Below are positions 1 to 8,301 of a stretch of 24,000 nucleotides of DNA, in pieces. The DNA is from Alphaproteobacteria bacterium (GTDB lineage Bacteria; Pseudomonadota; Alphaproteobacteria; UBA9655), in the NCBI GenBank assembly GCA_019749915.1, contig JAIEPE010000028.1, positions 1 through 24,000 of the forward strand. Reading direction: 5' to 3'. The notes under the pieces are model-generated. The model saw nothing but the letters and a program-made list of their open reading frames with translations, searched no databases and had not been told where the DNA came from. Both the position numbers and the translations under genes were made by a program. How positions within the stretch are numbered: the first letter of the stretch is position 1; each line of letters begins with the position of its first letter.

Positions 1-8
1 ATTAGTGT

Positions 9-76
9 TCGAATTAAACTGGATTTAATGTTCGATTTGGGCCGGATTCACCGTTCGATTTCGATCGGATTATGCA
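9..76 (+). repeat. Three tandem 23-bp units (TCGAwTT-N3-4-YYGGATT...) forming a transposon-end-like array that ends ...TGCA at 76
   Basis: The units start at 9, 32 and 55: tcgaattaaactggatttaatgt / tcgatttgggccggattcaccgt / tcgatttcgatcggattatgcac. The period is exactly 23 bp. The array abuts the truncated istB reading frame at 77. Confidence 0.6.
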
Positions 77-565
77 CCCTGCGGGACGGGGAAGACATTT
101 TTAGCCTGTGCCCTTGCTCACAAATCCTGTCTTTCTGGATACACCTCTCTTTACTGTCGTGTGGGACGTCTCTTATCTGAACTACAACTGGGAAAAGGGG
201 ACGGACAATACAGTAAGCGTATGACGGAGCTCGCTAAGACAGATGTTCTCATCTTGGACGACTTTGGCCTCTCTCCCCTTACAGAGGATCACCAACGTGA
301 TTTATTGGAGATTTTAGATGATCGCCACGACAAGCGCTCAACAATTGTTACAAGCCAAGTGCCCGTCAAGTTATGGCATGACTGCATAGGGAATGAAACG
401 CTTGCAGATGCCATTCTTGATAGGCTCGTTCATAACTCCTATCGGGTCGAGATTAAAGGAGAGTCGATGAGAAAGGCTCGGAGTCATATTGGAAAAGATA
501 AAAATAGCTTAAAGAAAGAGAAAACCCTCAATCCATTGTTGGTGAAGAAGAGCGATGAGGATTAA
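77..565 (+). pseudogene. istB: IS21-family IstB-like AAA+ transposition helper ATPase, 5'-truncated
   Basis: The frame is open from 29. From 77 it reads PCGTGKTFLACALA (Walker A), then VLILDDFG (Walker B) and DRLVHNSYRVEIKGESMR (typical IstB C-terminus). About 100 N-terminal residues of a normal IstB are missing. Upstream in frame is repeat DNA with a stop at 26-28. The only in-frame start is a GTG at 161, downstream of the Walker A. Confidence 0.8.
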
Positions 566-697
566 TCAAGATACAAAATCCTTAAAGGCTACATTTACAA
601 CAAGTAAAATCTTTGACGAAGGAGGGCACAATAAGGTAATTTAATAGAGAACATTGCTTCTCTTGGGAGTGTGGTTTGATTAAAGAGAAACCCACGA

Positions 698-810
698 CCG
701 GATTGAACCAGAAAAGATGACCGGATAAAATCGGAACACGCGCCCGGATTAAACCAGAACGGCCGACCGGTTAAATCCAGAATCACCCACCGCTTTCACC
801 GGAATACGCA
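698..810 (+). repeat. IS21-like right terminus: four tandem 23-bp units (CCGGATTAAACCAG core) plus a degenerate fifth, ending CGGAATACGCA
   Basis: The units start at 698, 721, 744 and 767: ccggattgaaccagaaaagatga / ccggataaaatcggaacacgcgc / ccggattaaaccagaacggccga / ccggttaaatccagaatcaccca. A degenerate unit, ccgctttcaccggaatacgca, spans 790-810. The array lies 130-245 bp downstream of the istB stop, where an IS21 right inverted repeat with multiple transposase sites is expected. Confidence 0.6.
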
Positions 811-864
811 ATTTTAGAATAGAACCAACTCTTCCCTCGTTTATTAATATGAGCTTAGCTTAAA

Positions 865-1599
865 ATGGAATCAAAGGACTGTTTTTCTCTTAAATTTAAT
901 GAAGTGCATATCTGGTCTGCTTGTTTGTCAGAGAATGAAACCAGTCTCCCTTATTTTACTAGCCTCCTTTCTCAGGATGAGCAGGAGAGGGCGAGCCACT
1001 TTAAGTTTTCCAGAGATCAGAAGAGATATACTATTTCTCGAGGTATTTTAAGAAGTCTTTTAGCGGGATATTTAAGGGAACCTCTCCAGAAAATAGAAAT
1101 TTTATACGGTCTTTGGGGAAAACCCTGTTTGCCAGAAGAAAAGGCTCTATCCTTTAATCTCTCTCATTCAGGAGACTATGCTTTATATGCGTTCACACAA
1201 GGTTATGAGGTCGGTATTGATGTGGAGTATATCGATGTATCTCTTGAGTTAGAAGACATGGCAAAGAGTGTTTTTTCCACAGCAGAATTTTCTCATTGGA
1301 AAGCACTCAATGCACAAGAAAAAATACATTCCTTTTTTAAGCACTGGGTTTCAAAAGAAGCTTTCTTAAAGGCTTCAGGAAAGGGGTGCTTAGAAAACAG
1401 ACATGCACTCACGTTAACTAAGACAAGCGATTTCAAACAAGAGCTCAAAAGCGATTTACGAGAGGAAGCCAAAATAATTTATCCCTATTGTTTTGAATCT
1501 ATACTTGGTTATGCAAGTGCCTTATTCGTTGAAGGACCTTCTTTGAAGCCGCTTCATTATATCTGGGAAAAAGATTTTTCTTGTCGCCCATTCTTTTAG
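865..1599 (+). CDS. 4'-phosphopantetheinyl transferase, Sfp/EntD type
   Basis: 244-aa ORF with PPTase motifs FNLSHSGDY, VGIDVE and WVSKEAFLKASGKG (W-x-x-KEA-x-x-K). Neighbours are NRPS accessory genes. Confidence 0.85.
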   Translation: MESKDCFSLKFNEVHIWSACLSENETSLPYFTSLLSQDEQERASHFKFSRDQKRYTISRGILRSLLAGYLREPLQKIEILYGLWGKPCLPEEKALSFNLSHSGDYALYAFTQGYEVGIDVEYIDVSLELEDMAKSVFSTAEFSHWKALNAQEKIHSFFKHWVSKEAFLKASGKGCLENRHALTLTKTSDFKQELKSDLREEAKIIYPYCFESILGYASALFVEGPSLKPLHYIWEKDFSCRPFF

Positions 1600-1778
1600 T
1601 GCAAGTGATTTATGCATATTAAACTGTATTACTGATAAAATCCGGATAGGAAATTCACACTTCACCCTTGAAACTGCCATACTGTGACATACTGCCTTAA
1701 CTGTGAGTTGCAAATCATTTTTGAATGTGTAAGAGTATTTTTTGTCCACATATAGAAACTGCATTAAAAGGAGAAAGT

Positions 1779-2000
1779 ATGTTTGAGCATTGTGAATCAT
1801 GGAGAGTGGTGATTAACATAGAGGATCAATATTCTATTTGGCCGACTTCCAAAGAGATTCCTCCAGGATGGAGAGAAGAAGGGAAGGCCGGGACAAAAGA
1901 TGAATGCCTTGCCCATATTAAAGAGGTTTGGGTTGATATGAGACCTCGAAGCTTAAAGGAACAGATGGATACGAAGCAACTCGAGTCTGAAGTCGCCTAA
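1779..2000 (+). CDS. MbtH-like protein (NRPS adenylation-domain chaperone)
   Basis: Signature [10 protein letters not shown]...PPGW...[17 protein letters not shown] with the three invariant Trp. The ATG at 1779 is preferred over the track start at 1725 because AAGGAG at 1768-1773 sits 5 nt upstream and the resulting 73 aa is the family-typical size. Confidence 0.9.
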   Translation: MFEHCESWRVVINIEDQYSIWPTSKEIPPGWREEGKAGTKDECLAHIKEVWVDMRPRSLKEQMDTKQLESEVA

Positions 2001-2075
2001 AAGTAGCTAGGCCCTCAGCTAAGAGGTTTTGGTTTGCTGTAGGGAGGCTTAAACTCCTGCAGATCCATCTATCCT

Positions 2076-3281
2076 TTAAGCAAGGCGAAGATATTGATCT
2101 TCATTTTGCCACTTATAGTCCTGGATGGCGAGTGCGAGTCTTTTAATCCCCAGCTCTATAAGCTCTATAGGACAAAAGGCAAAGCTAAGGCGGAGACAGC
2201 TTTGAACATCGTCTCTTTCGCCAACTAAGAAGGCATTTCCTGGGATAAAGGAGACTTTTTCTTCTTCAAGAGCAAACTTAAATAATCTCTTTGTGTTAAT
2301 CGAGGGGGGTAATTTTCCCCATATAAAAAAGCCGCTTTTTGGAATTGTGAATTCCATCTCAGGAATGTATTTATGAAGAGAGTAAACCATGACATCTCTT
2401 TTTTCTTTGTAAGTCCCTCTAAGCTTTAAAATGCGTTCTGTTAGAATGTCCTTTTCAAAATAGGAGGTTATAAGCTTTTGACTGAAGGAACTTGTGTTAA
2501 TATCGAGACCTTCCTTTAAGATTTCCAATTTTTCTATGATGGGTTCAGAAGCAATAATCCATCCTGTTCTCAGAGAAGGAGCCAGAATCTTGGAAAAGGA
2601 TCCAATATAAAAAACTCCTTCCTTCCAAAAGGACTTTAGGGGAGGATCCACAGGGTCGTAATTTAAGAATCCATAGGCATCATCTTCTATAATAGGGATT
2701 TTATATTGTTTAGCTAATGTCGTAAGCTCAATACGTTGTTTCTTGCTTAAACTTGTTCCTAAGGGATTATGTCCCTCTGATATTGTATACATTAAGCTGG
2801 GCCGGGTATTTTTCTCTAAAATCTGTCTTAGTTCTTTCATATGGAGTCCACTTTGAAAACAAAGAGGACTGGGAATAAGATTTAGGTGCATCGCTTGAGC
2901 AACTTGGATGAACCCAGGATAGGTTAATTGGTCAACAAGAATATCCGCTCCTTCATTAGCAAATAGCTTCGTAAGTAGAGTCATTGCTTGTTGAGCGCCG
3001 GTGGTTAATAAGATTTCTTTGGGAGTACAAACTACCTGTTTCTCTTTCATAAACTCTGCAATGTGAGCTTTTAATTCATATGAGGGAGGTGAATATTGTA
3101 AGTTATGAGGAGAGAACAGTTCCTCATAACAATCTTTAAGCTCTGGAAGTCTTAGAAGATTATTATCTGGCCTTCCAAGAGAAAAAGAAATGATATCTGG
3201 GTTTGCTGTTGTTTCCAAAGCTTTTTGGACACCTGATTTTTCTAAATTTTTAATCCATAGAGGAAGAAGCTCTTTAAACAT
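2076..3281 (-). CDS. hpgT: PLP-dependent class I/II aminotransferase (2-aminoadipate/MocR-type fold); by context the 4-hydroxyphenylglycine transaminase
   Basis: 401 aa with fold-type I hallmarks: TTGAQQAM, HNPLG, IIEDDAYG, and SFSKILAPSLRTGW (PLP lysine in SxSK). It overlaps the upstream HmaS-like gene by 8 nt, indicating translational coupling. The family call is firm; the HpgT function is inferred from context. Confidence 0.8.
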   Translation of the reverse strand: MFKELLPLWIKNLEKSGVQKALETTANPDIISFSLGRPDNNLLRLPELKDCYEELFSPHNLQYSPPSYELKAHIAEFMKEKQVVCTPKEILLTTGAQQAMTLLTKLFANEGADILVDQLTYPGFIQVAQAMHLNLIPSPLCFQSGLHMKELRQILEKNTRPSLMYTISEGHNPLGTSLSKKQRIELTTLAKQYKIPIIEDDAYGFLNYDPVDPPLKSFWKEGVFYIGSFSKILAPSLRTGWIIASEPIIEKLEILKEGLDINTSSFSQKLITSYFEKDILTERILKLRGTYKEKRDVMVYSLHKYIPEMEFTIPKSGFFIWGKLPPSINTKRLFKFALEEEKVSFIPGNAFLVGERDDVQSCLRLSFAFCPIELIELGIKRLALAIQDYKWQNEDQYLRLA

Positions 3282-4359
3282 CGATCAGGGCTCTCTGTTG
3301 GTCTTTTTCAACGGCTGCATACAGAGCTTTGATGTTATTGCTCCCAAATCCAGTTGAGTTTTCTCTTTGGATGATTTCAATAAAAAAAGTAGGAAGGTTT
3401 TGGAGAGGGCGCGTAAACATTTGCATGAGATATCCATGTTTTTCTAAATCTACAAGGATGTTTAAGCGTCTTATCTCTTCCATGTTCTCCTGGAGAATTT
3501 TTTTGAGGGCAGGAGGGATATTTTCATAATAAGTTTCTGGAATTTCAAGAAACTTGATGCCATTATTTTTTAAATATTGTGCCATGCTAATAATATTCTT
3601 TGATGAAAAGGCGAGATGTTGAACACCAGCACAACCATGGTAGGAGATGAAGTTCTCGACTTGAGAGGGCTTTTTATTTGAAACCCCTTCAACTAAGACA
3701 AACTTAATGGTTTCAGTGGGGTTACTAATAACGACCGAGTTCATTCCACTCTCATTTGTCGTAATGTTTTCTGCAGAAAAAAGGTAAAACCCCAGCACAT
3801 CTTCATAAAACTGTCTCCATTTCCTAAGACTTCCTTTTTCAACGGCAATAGCAATATGATCTATAGTCTCCAAGTTAAAAGGGTTCTTTTTGAGAGGATA
3901 GTTTAAAGGTGTGTAAAACGGTAGTTCATGGGAAGAAGGGGCTTCTCTCTCAATAAATGAATGAACTGTATTTCCAAAAGTTGCAATGGTTGCTTTTATG
4001 ATTTTGCTCTTGCCGTCATCTATTTCAGTGGGTTCTAAAATAGAGACAGCTCCTGCTTTTAGGGTAACTTCATAAAGTTGGGAGACGTTGTTTGTCGTAA
4101 AGGCGATATCTTTGATGCTTTCATCGTGATTTATAACATGCTTTAAAAGAGAAGAGTCTCGATTTAGAGAGGAGCTAATTACCAACCTAATAGATTCTTG
4201 ACGAAGGAAATACGAGATTTGATCTTTGAGTCCTGTTTCTGGGCCTGCGTAAGCAATAATATCAAAACCAAACACAGATCTATAAAAGTTTGCTGCTTGA
4301 AAGGCATTGAAAACGTATATTTCTATATGATCAATAGCTGTTAAGGGAGTTTGGGTCAT
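3274..4359 (-). CDS. hmaS: 4-hydroxymandelate synthase (HPPD-family non-haem Fe(II) dioxygenase)
   Basis: 361-aa two-barrel VOC/HPPD fold with C-terminus FFIEIIQRENSTGFGSNNIKALYAAVE. The HPPD consensus GNFxxLF is replaced by NNIKALY (Ile343, Tyr347), the substitutions I recall as diagnostic for HmaS. The PxN of HPPD is replaced by VLV in IKFVLVEG. It is co-located with the Hmo and aminotransferase genes. Confidence 0.75.
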   Translation of the reverse strand: MTQTPLTAIDHIEIYVFNAFQAANFYRSVFGFDIIAYAGPETGLKDQISYFLRQESIRLVISSSLNRDSSLLKHVINHDESIKDIAFTTNNVSQLYEVTLKAGAVSILEPTEIDDGKSKIIKATIATFGNTVHSFIEREAPSSHELPFYTPLNYPLKKNPFNLETIDHIAIAVEKGSLRKWRQFYEDVLGFYLFSAENITTNESGMNSVVISNPTETIKFVLVEGVSNKKPSQVENFISYHGCAGVQHLAFSSKNIISMAQYLKNNGIKFLEIPETYYENIPPALKKILQENMEEIRRLNILVDLEKHGYLMQMFTRPLQNLPTFFIEIIQRENSTGFGSNNIKALYAAVEKDQQRALIDV

Positions 4360-4473
4360 AAAGCAGTGGCCTCTTGTTAATGTGATGTCAGCAGATGCAA
4401 TTCCTGATGGTAATGAAACTCATTTTCTATTAAATTTATCTTAGTCATTCAAGTTTGCAAAGGATACAACCAA

Positions 4474-5478
4474 ATGCTGTCAGATTCTAATATAAAATCT
4501 TGGTTTTTAAAAGAAGAAGAAAAGGGACTTGTCCCCGGACTCATCCCTGGGCTTCCCTTAGGGAGTTCTGGGCCTCTTGTATTAGAAGCTCAAGGAAAAA
4601 CCTTTAATCCTTTTGAGTGGGTTAAAGAACACAAATCTTCTCTTGAGAGCTGCTTAGTAAAACATGGAGGAATTCTCCTCAGGAACTTTAACATTCATTC
4701 TGTCTCCGAGTTTAATCGCATTGTGCAAAGTTTATCACCTGACCTTCTCGACTATGTCTATCGATCAACGCCAAGAACAAAATTAGGCGGAAAAATATAT
4801 ACGGCAACAGAATATCCTGCCGATAGGGTTATCCCTTTGCATAATGAGAATGCATATTCCAAATCTTGGCCCCAAAAAATCTTCTTTTTCAGTGTCATTA
4901 TTGCTTCTGAAGGGGGAGAAACGCCTATTGCAGATAGTCGAGATGTTTATAAACAAATAGATCCTGAAGTTAGAAGTAAGTTTGAAGAATATGGGGTTAT
5001 GTATACACGTAATTACAGTAAGGAAATTGACCTAAGCTGGCAAGAAGTCTTTCAAACGGAAAGTCAAGAGGCGGTTAACCAATACTGTAAGGATCACGAT
5101 ATTGAGTTTGAATGGAAAAAGGGAATTACTGAATTAACGACACGGCAAACATGTCAAGCGACTCTTGTTCACCCCACAAGTGGAGAATCCGTATGGTTTA
5201 ATCAAGCGCACCTCTTTCATATTTCTTCTTTAGATGAAGTGTCCCGTTTGTCTCTTATTAAAGAGTTGGGAGAAGAGAATATTCCGCGTAATGCTTCCTA
5301 CGGCAATGGAGAGCCTTTTGAAACTGACATTTTAGACCATATTCGCGATGCTTATGAGAAAGAGAAAATAAAGTTTAAATGGCATAAAGGAGACATCATG
5401 ATTCTTGATAATATTCTTATGGCCCATGGAAGAGAAACTTATAAAGGCGAAAGAAAGGTAGCCGTTGCTATGGCGTGA
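4474..5478 (+). CDS. TauD/TfdA-family Fe(II)/2-oxoglutarate dioxygenase, SyrP-like (amino-acid beta-hydroxylase of NRPS clusters)
   Basis: 334 aa with an HxE facial-triad motif in IPLHNENAYSKSWP, GGETPIAD, the distal His in ILMAHGRETYKG, and WFNQAHLFH. The overall pattern matches SyrP-like proteins as I remember them. Confidence 0.8.
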   Translation: MLSDSNIKSWFLKEEEKGLVPGLIPGLPLGSSGPLVLEAQGKTFNPFEWVKEHKSSLESCLVKHGGILLRNFNIHSVSEFNRIVQSLSPDLLDYVYRSTPRTKLGGKIYTATEYPADRVIPLHNENAYSKSWPQKIFFFSVIIASEGGETPIADSRDVYKQIDPEVRSKFEEYGVMYTRNYSKEIDLSWQEVFQTESQEAVNQYCKDHDIEFEWKKGITELTTRQTCQATLVHPTSGESVWFNQAHLFHISSLDEVSRLSLIKELGEENIPRNASYGNGEPFETDILDHIRDAYEKEKIKFKWHKGDIMILDNILMAHGRETYKGERKVAVAMA

Positions 5479-5536
5479 GTTCTCTTTCAAAAATGAAGAG
5501 AGATCAAGCTAAATGCTACCCTTACCTTACCTTATT

Positions 5537-6310
5537 CTACTCTTCTACACTTTCTCTTTTTTCCTGACTGTGCCGCTCTCCAATTTGATTAATGAGGGCT
5601 AAGATGTTTTTTTGATTATCCTTTATAAAGAAGTGTTCTCCTGGAAAAGAGAGATGTTCGAACTTTCCTGATGTATAGGCCGACCAGGCAAGGATCTCTT
5701 CTTCTGTAACTGTTTGGTCATGGGTGCCTGAAAGAGCCAGAATATCACAAGGAAGCGGCTGTGACTCTGAAAAGAAATGTGTTTCATAAATACTAAAATC
5801 ATTTTTGATGATTGGCAAAAACAACTCAAGAAGCTCATCATTATGAAGAATCCGTTCATCGATTCCATTGTAGACTTTTAACTCTTCCTTTAAGGCCTTA
5901 TCATCTAATTGGCTGAGATGTTTCATTCGCAAAGGCAAATGAGGGGCTTTTGTGGCAGAGACGATCATATGATGAGGATACATGCCGTAGTGTTGATGCA
6001 CAGATTTTACAAACTCAAACGAAATTAAAGCCCCAAGACTGTGCCCAAACACAAAGAAAGGCTTATCTTTATAGAGATGAAACCCTTCCCTTAACTGAGT
6101 TGTAATGTCTTTGAGGTTATTATTCAAAGGTTCAGTAAATCTATTTTCTCTTCCTGGGAGTTGAATAGAAACCATCTCAATATGAGGGGAGAGGAGTTCT
6201 CTCCAAGGGTAGTAAGCTGATGCCCCGCCTCCAGAATGGTGGAAGCAAAAAAGCCTAATAGTTGCTTGAGGTTTTTTTTCATACTCTAGAAACCAGGGAT
6301 GATTATTCAT
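5537..6310 (-). CDS. Type II thioesterase (NRPS/PKS editing, alpha/beta hydrolase)
   Basis: 257 aa with N-terminal LFCFHHSGGGASAY, the nucleophile elbow GHSLGA, and C-terminal FPGEHFF (catalytic His). This is the classic GrsT/SrfAD-type pattern. Confidence 0.85.
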   Translation of the reverse strand: MNNHPWFLEYEKKPQATIRLFCFHHSGGGASAYYPWRELLSPHIEMVSIQLPGRENRFTEPLNNNLKDITTQLREGFHLYKDKPFFVFGHSLGALISFEFVKSVHQHYGMYPHHMIVSATKAPHLPLRMKHLSQLDDKALKEELKVYNGIDERILHNDELLELFLPIIKNDFSIYETHFFSESQPLPCDILALSGTHDQTVTEEEILAWSAYTSGKFEHLSFPGEHFFIKDNQKNILALINQIGERHSQEKRESVEE

Positions 6311-6498
6311 TTTTTTACCTTACAATCTGGACAATACGAGAGACTAAAATCATCTGAGTTGAGGTAGCCTTCCCTTCTTTTTTTATTTTCATCTTATTCC
6401 TTCCCAATGAGTTTAATTTCTTGTAAGTTTTGCTTTGCCTGAAGTTAAAGTCTCTTTGAAAATGATCCGTTTCTTGGCTATTTTTAGATAAGTTAACT

Positions 6499-8301
6499 AT
6501 GAGAAAATTAGAGCATATGCAAGAAAGATTCAAGAACCTCCTAATTATAAAAGATTTACTCCCTTTCTTATGGACGAAGGAAGAAAAAATCCGAAGCTTA
6601 TTCCTGTTTGCGTTTGGGCTTATTTTTATCTCAATTGCGCTTGATCTCAGCATTCCCCTTGTTTTAAAGGAAGTTGTCTCTTGCCTTGCGATTCCGGATA
6701 AAAGCATGACCTATCAGTTATCCTTGCTCTTAGTGGCCTATGGAATTATTTGGACGCTCTCTCAAGTCATTCAAAACGTAAGACAGATCATTATGGTAAA
6801 GCCGCTGGAGAGTTGTATCCGACTTTTTTGTTCTAAGTTTTTTGATCATTTGCATTCCTTGCCTATGACATTTCATATGGATAGAAAAACAGGCTCTCTT
6901 ACCAATGCTTTAGAACGGGCCCAACATGGGTTTCCAGATGTGTTCTGGGGACTATTTTTATTTATTATCCCAACAATCATAGAGTTATTTTTAGCAGCCG
7001 CCATCTTATGTTATTTTTATGGAGCCATTTATGGATTTCTCTTACTCTTTATAGCCACTATTTTTATCATATTTACCCTATATGCCGCAAAGTGGGCATC
7101 TCACTTTCAAACAATGAGCAACGACCAACAATCAAACACAAATGCAAATATCGTTGATAGCCTCTTAAACTTTGCGAGCGTTAAGTACTTTAATAATAAA
7201 GAGCATGAGGTCTTAAAGTGCGATACTCATCTTAAAAAGAGAGAAAACCTCCTCGTTAAATCATTATCAAGTATGGAACTTGTTCAAATTGGGCAAAGCC
7301 TTATTATAGGAGGTGGACTTGTCTTACTGACCTACACAGCAGGAAAACAAACCTTATTAAACGTATATGATGTGAGTGATTTCGTTCTCATCAATGGATA
7401 TGTCCTACAGTTTGTGGCTCCTTTAAGTCAGATGGGGTTTATTGCAAGAAACGTGAGGAGAGGATTTAATGAACTTGCTGACGTCATGAAAATTTATAGA
7501 ACTAACCATTCATCTTCTCTACCTTCTGGAGATTCCTATTCACCCGATAAGTTAGAAAGCATAGAGTTTAAAAATGTTTCATTTGGCTATGAACCCTCTC
7601 GCCTTGTGCTCAACGACGTGAGTTTTACTCTTGAAGCTGGCAAAACCATTGGGATTGTCGGAGAAACGGGCTCAGGGAAATCAACAATTTCAAGTCTTCT
7701 TTTTAAATTCTATGACGTAAATTCAGGAAAGATTTTTATTAACAATGTGGACATTCAAAGTTTAGACTCAAATAGTCTCTACAAACTCCTCGGCATTGTT
7801 CCTCAAGACGTAACTCTCTTTAATATGAGCATTTATGAGAATATTCTTTATGGACGCCCAAGGGCTCAAAAAGAAGAAGTTGAGGAGGCTATAAAATTGG
7901 CTCACCTTGAACCTTTTTTAAAAAAGCTTCCTGATCATTATGATACGATTGTGGGAGAAAGAGGTTTAAAGCTCTCTGGAGGAGAAAAACAACGGATAGC
8001 TATTGCAAGGGTTCTTTTAAAGCGGCCAGCTTTATATGTTTTTGATGAAGCCACCTCATCTCTGGATCTTAAAACAGAAGAAACCATTATGAATAATATA
8101 GCCCCCCTCTTAAAAAAATCTACATCCCTTATTATTGCTCATCGCTTATTTACAGTAATTAATGCGGATGAAATCCTCGTCCTTCACAATGGGGTTATAC
8201 AAGAACGGGGCACCCACCTGTCTCTCTTAAAGGAAGAGGGGGGCTATGCTTCATTGTGGAGGGCTCAAGAAGAGGCTCATAAGAAGTCTTATGCAGCTTA
8301 A
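6499..8301 (+). CDS. ABC exporter, fused permease-ATPase half transporter (Atm1/ABCB-like)
   Basis: 600 aa with a hydrophobic N-terminal half of about 6 TM. Motifs: Walker A GETGSGKST, signature LSGGEKQRIAIAR, Walker B LYVFDEATS, H-loop IIAHRL. Confidence 0.9.
   Translation: MRKLEHMQERFKNLLIIKDLLPFLWTKEEKIRSLFLFAFGLIFISIALDLSIPLVLKEVVSCLAIPDKSMTYQLSLLLVAYGIIWTLSQVIQNVRQIIMVKPLESCIRLFCSKFFDHLHSLPMTFHMDRKTGSLTNALERAQHGFPDVFWGLFLFIIPTIIELFLAAAILCYFYGAIYGFLLLFIATIFIIFTLYAAKWASHFQTMSNDQQSNTNANIVDSLLNFASVKYFNNKEHEVLKCDTHLKKRENLLVKSLSSMELVQIGQSLIIGGGLVLLTYTAGKQTLLNVYDVSDFVLINGYVLQFVAPLSQMGFIARNVRRGFNELADVMKIYRTNHSSSLPSGDSYSPDKLESIEFKNVSFGYEPSRLVLNDVSFTLEAGKTIGIVGETGSGKSTISSLLFKFYDVNSGKIFINNVDIQSLDSNSLYKLLGIVPQDVTLFNMSIYENILYGRPRAQKEEVEEAIKLAHLEPFLKKLPDHYDTIVGERGLKLSGGEKQRIAIARVLLKRPALYVFDEATSSLDLKTEETIMNNIAPLLKKSTSLIIAHRLFTVINADEILVLHNGVIQERGTHLSLLKEEGGYASLWRAQEEAHKKSYAA

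Larger units (their letters stand above)
1..810 (+). mobile_element. Remnant(s) of IS21-family insertion sequence: truncated istB bracketed by two directly oriented terminal-repeat arrays
   Basis: An IstB-like ORF lacks its N-terminus. 23-bp-periodic CCGGAT-core repeats lie on both sides. Both arrays end in near-identical termini (CGGATTATGCA at 66-76, CGGAATACGCA at 800-810). No istA is present. Confidence 0.65.

Noticed and set aside
5-22. GTGTTCGAATT resembling a tRNA T-arm (GGTTCGAAT)
   Set aside because: No acceptor, D or anticodon stems can be drawn around it. It is part of the first 23-bp IS repeat unit.
595-786. 63-aa minus-strand ORF
   Set aside because: It lies entirely within the 23-bp repeat array and the IS downstream region. 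Its open frame is a by-product of the repeated CCGGAT units, and it has no recognisable family or RBS.
698-810. Possible CRISPR array because of regularly spaced repeats
   Set aside because: The units are contiguous 23-mers with no unique spacers of CRISPR length. The conserved core is only ~14 nt, and the array ends in an IS-like terminus next to istB.
1522-1800. 92-aa minus-strand ORF between the PPTase and MbtH genes
   Set aside because: It overlaps the PPTase 3' end and the MbtH RBS and start on the opposite strand. It is low-complexity with no motifs.
3274-4359. Interpretation as catabolic 4-hydroxyphenylpyruvate dioxygenase (tyrosine degradation)
   Set aside because: No homogentisate pathway genes are nearby. 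The gene is coupled to an aminotransferase and co-located with an alpha-hydroxy-acid oxidase. The Phe-to-Ile/Tyr active-site pattern fits HmaS.
5481-5501. Weak AT-rich hairpin (TCTCTT...AAGAGA) between the convergent hydroxylase and thioesterase genes, considered as a terminator
   Set aside because: It has only a 6-bp AT-rich stem with a 9-nt loop and no clear U-run, which is too weak to call.
6315-6707. 130-aa minus-strand ORF
   Set aside because: It is antisense to the 5' end of the ABC exporter and covers the divergent promoter gap. It is basic, low-complexity and has no family signal.
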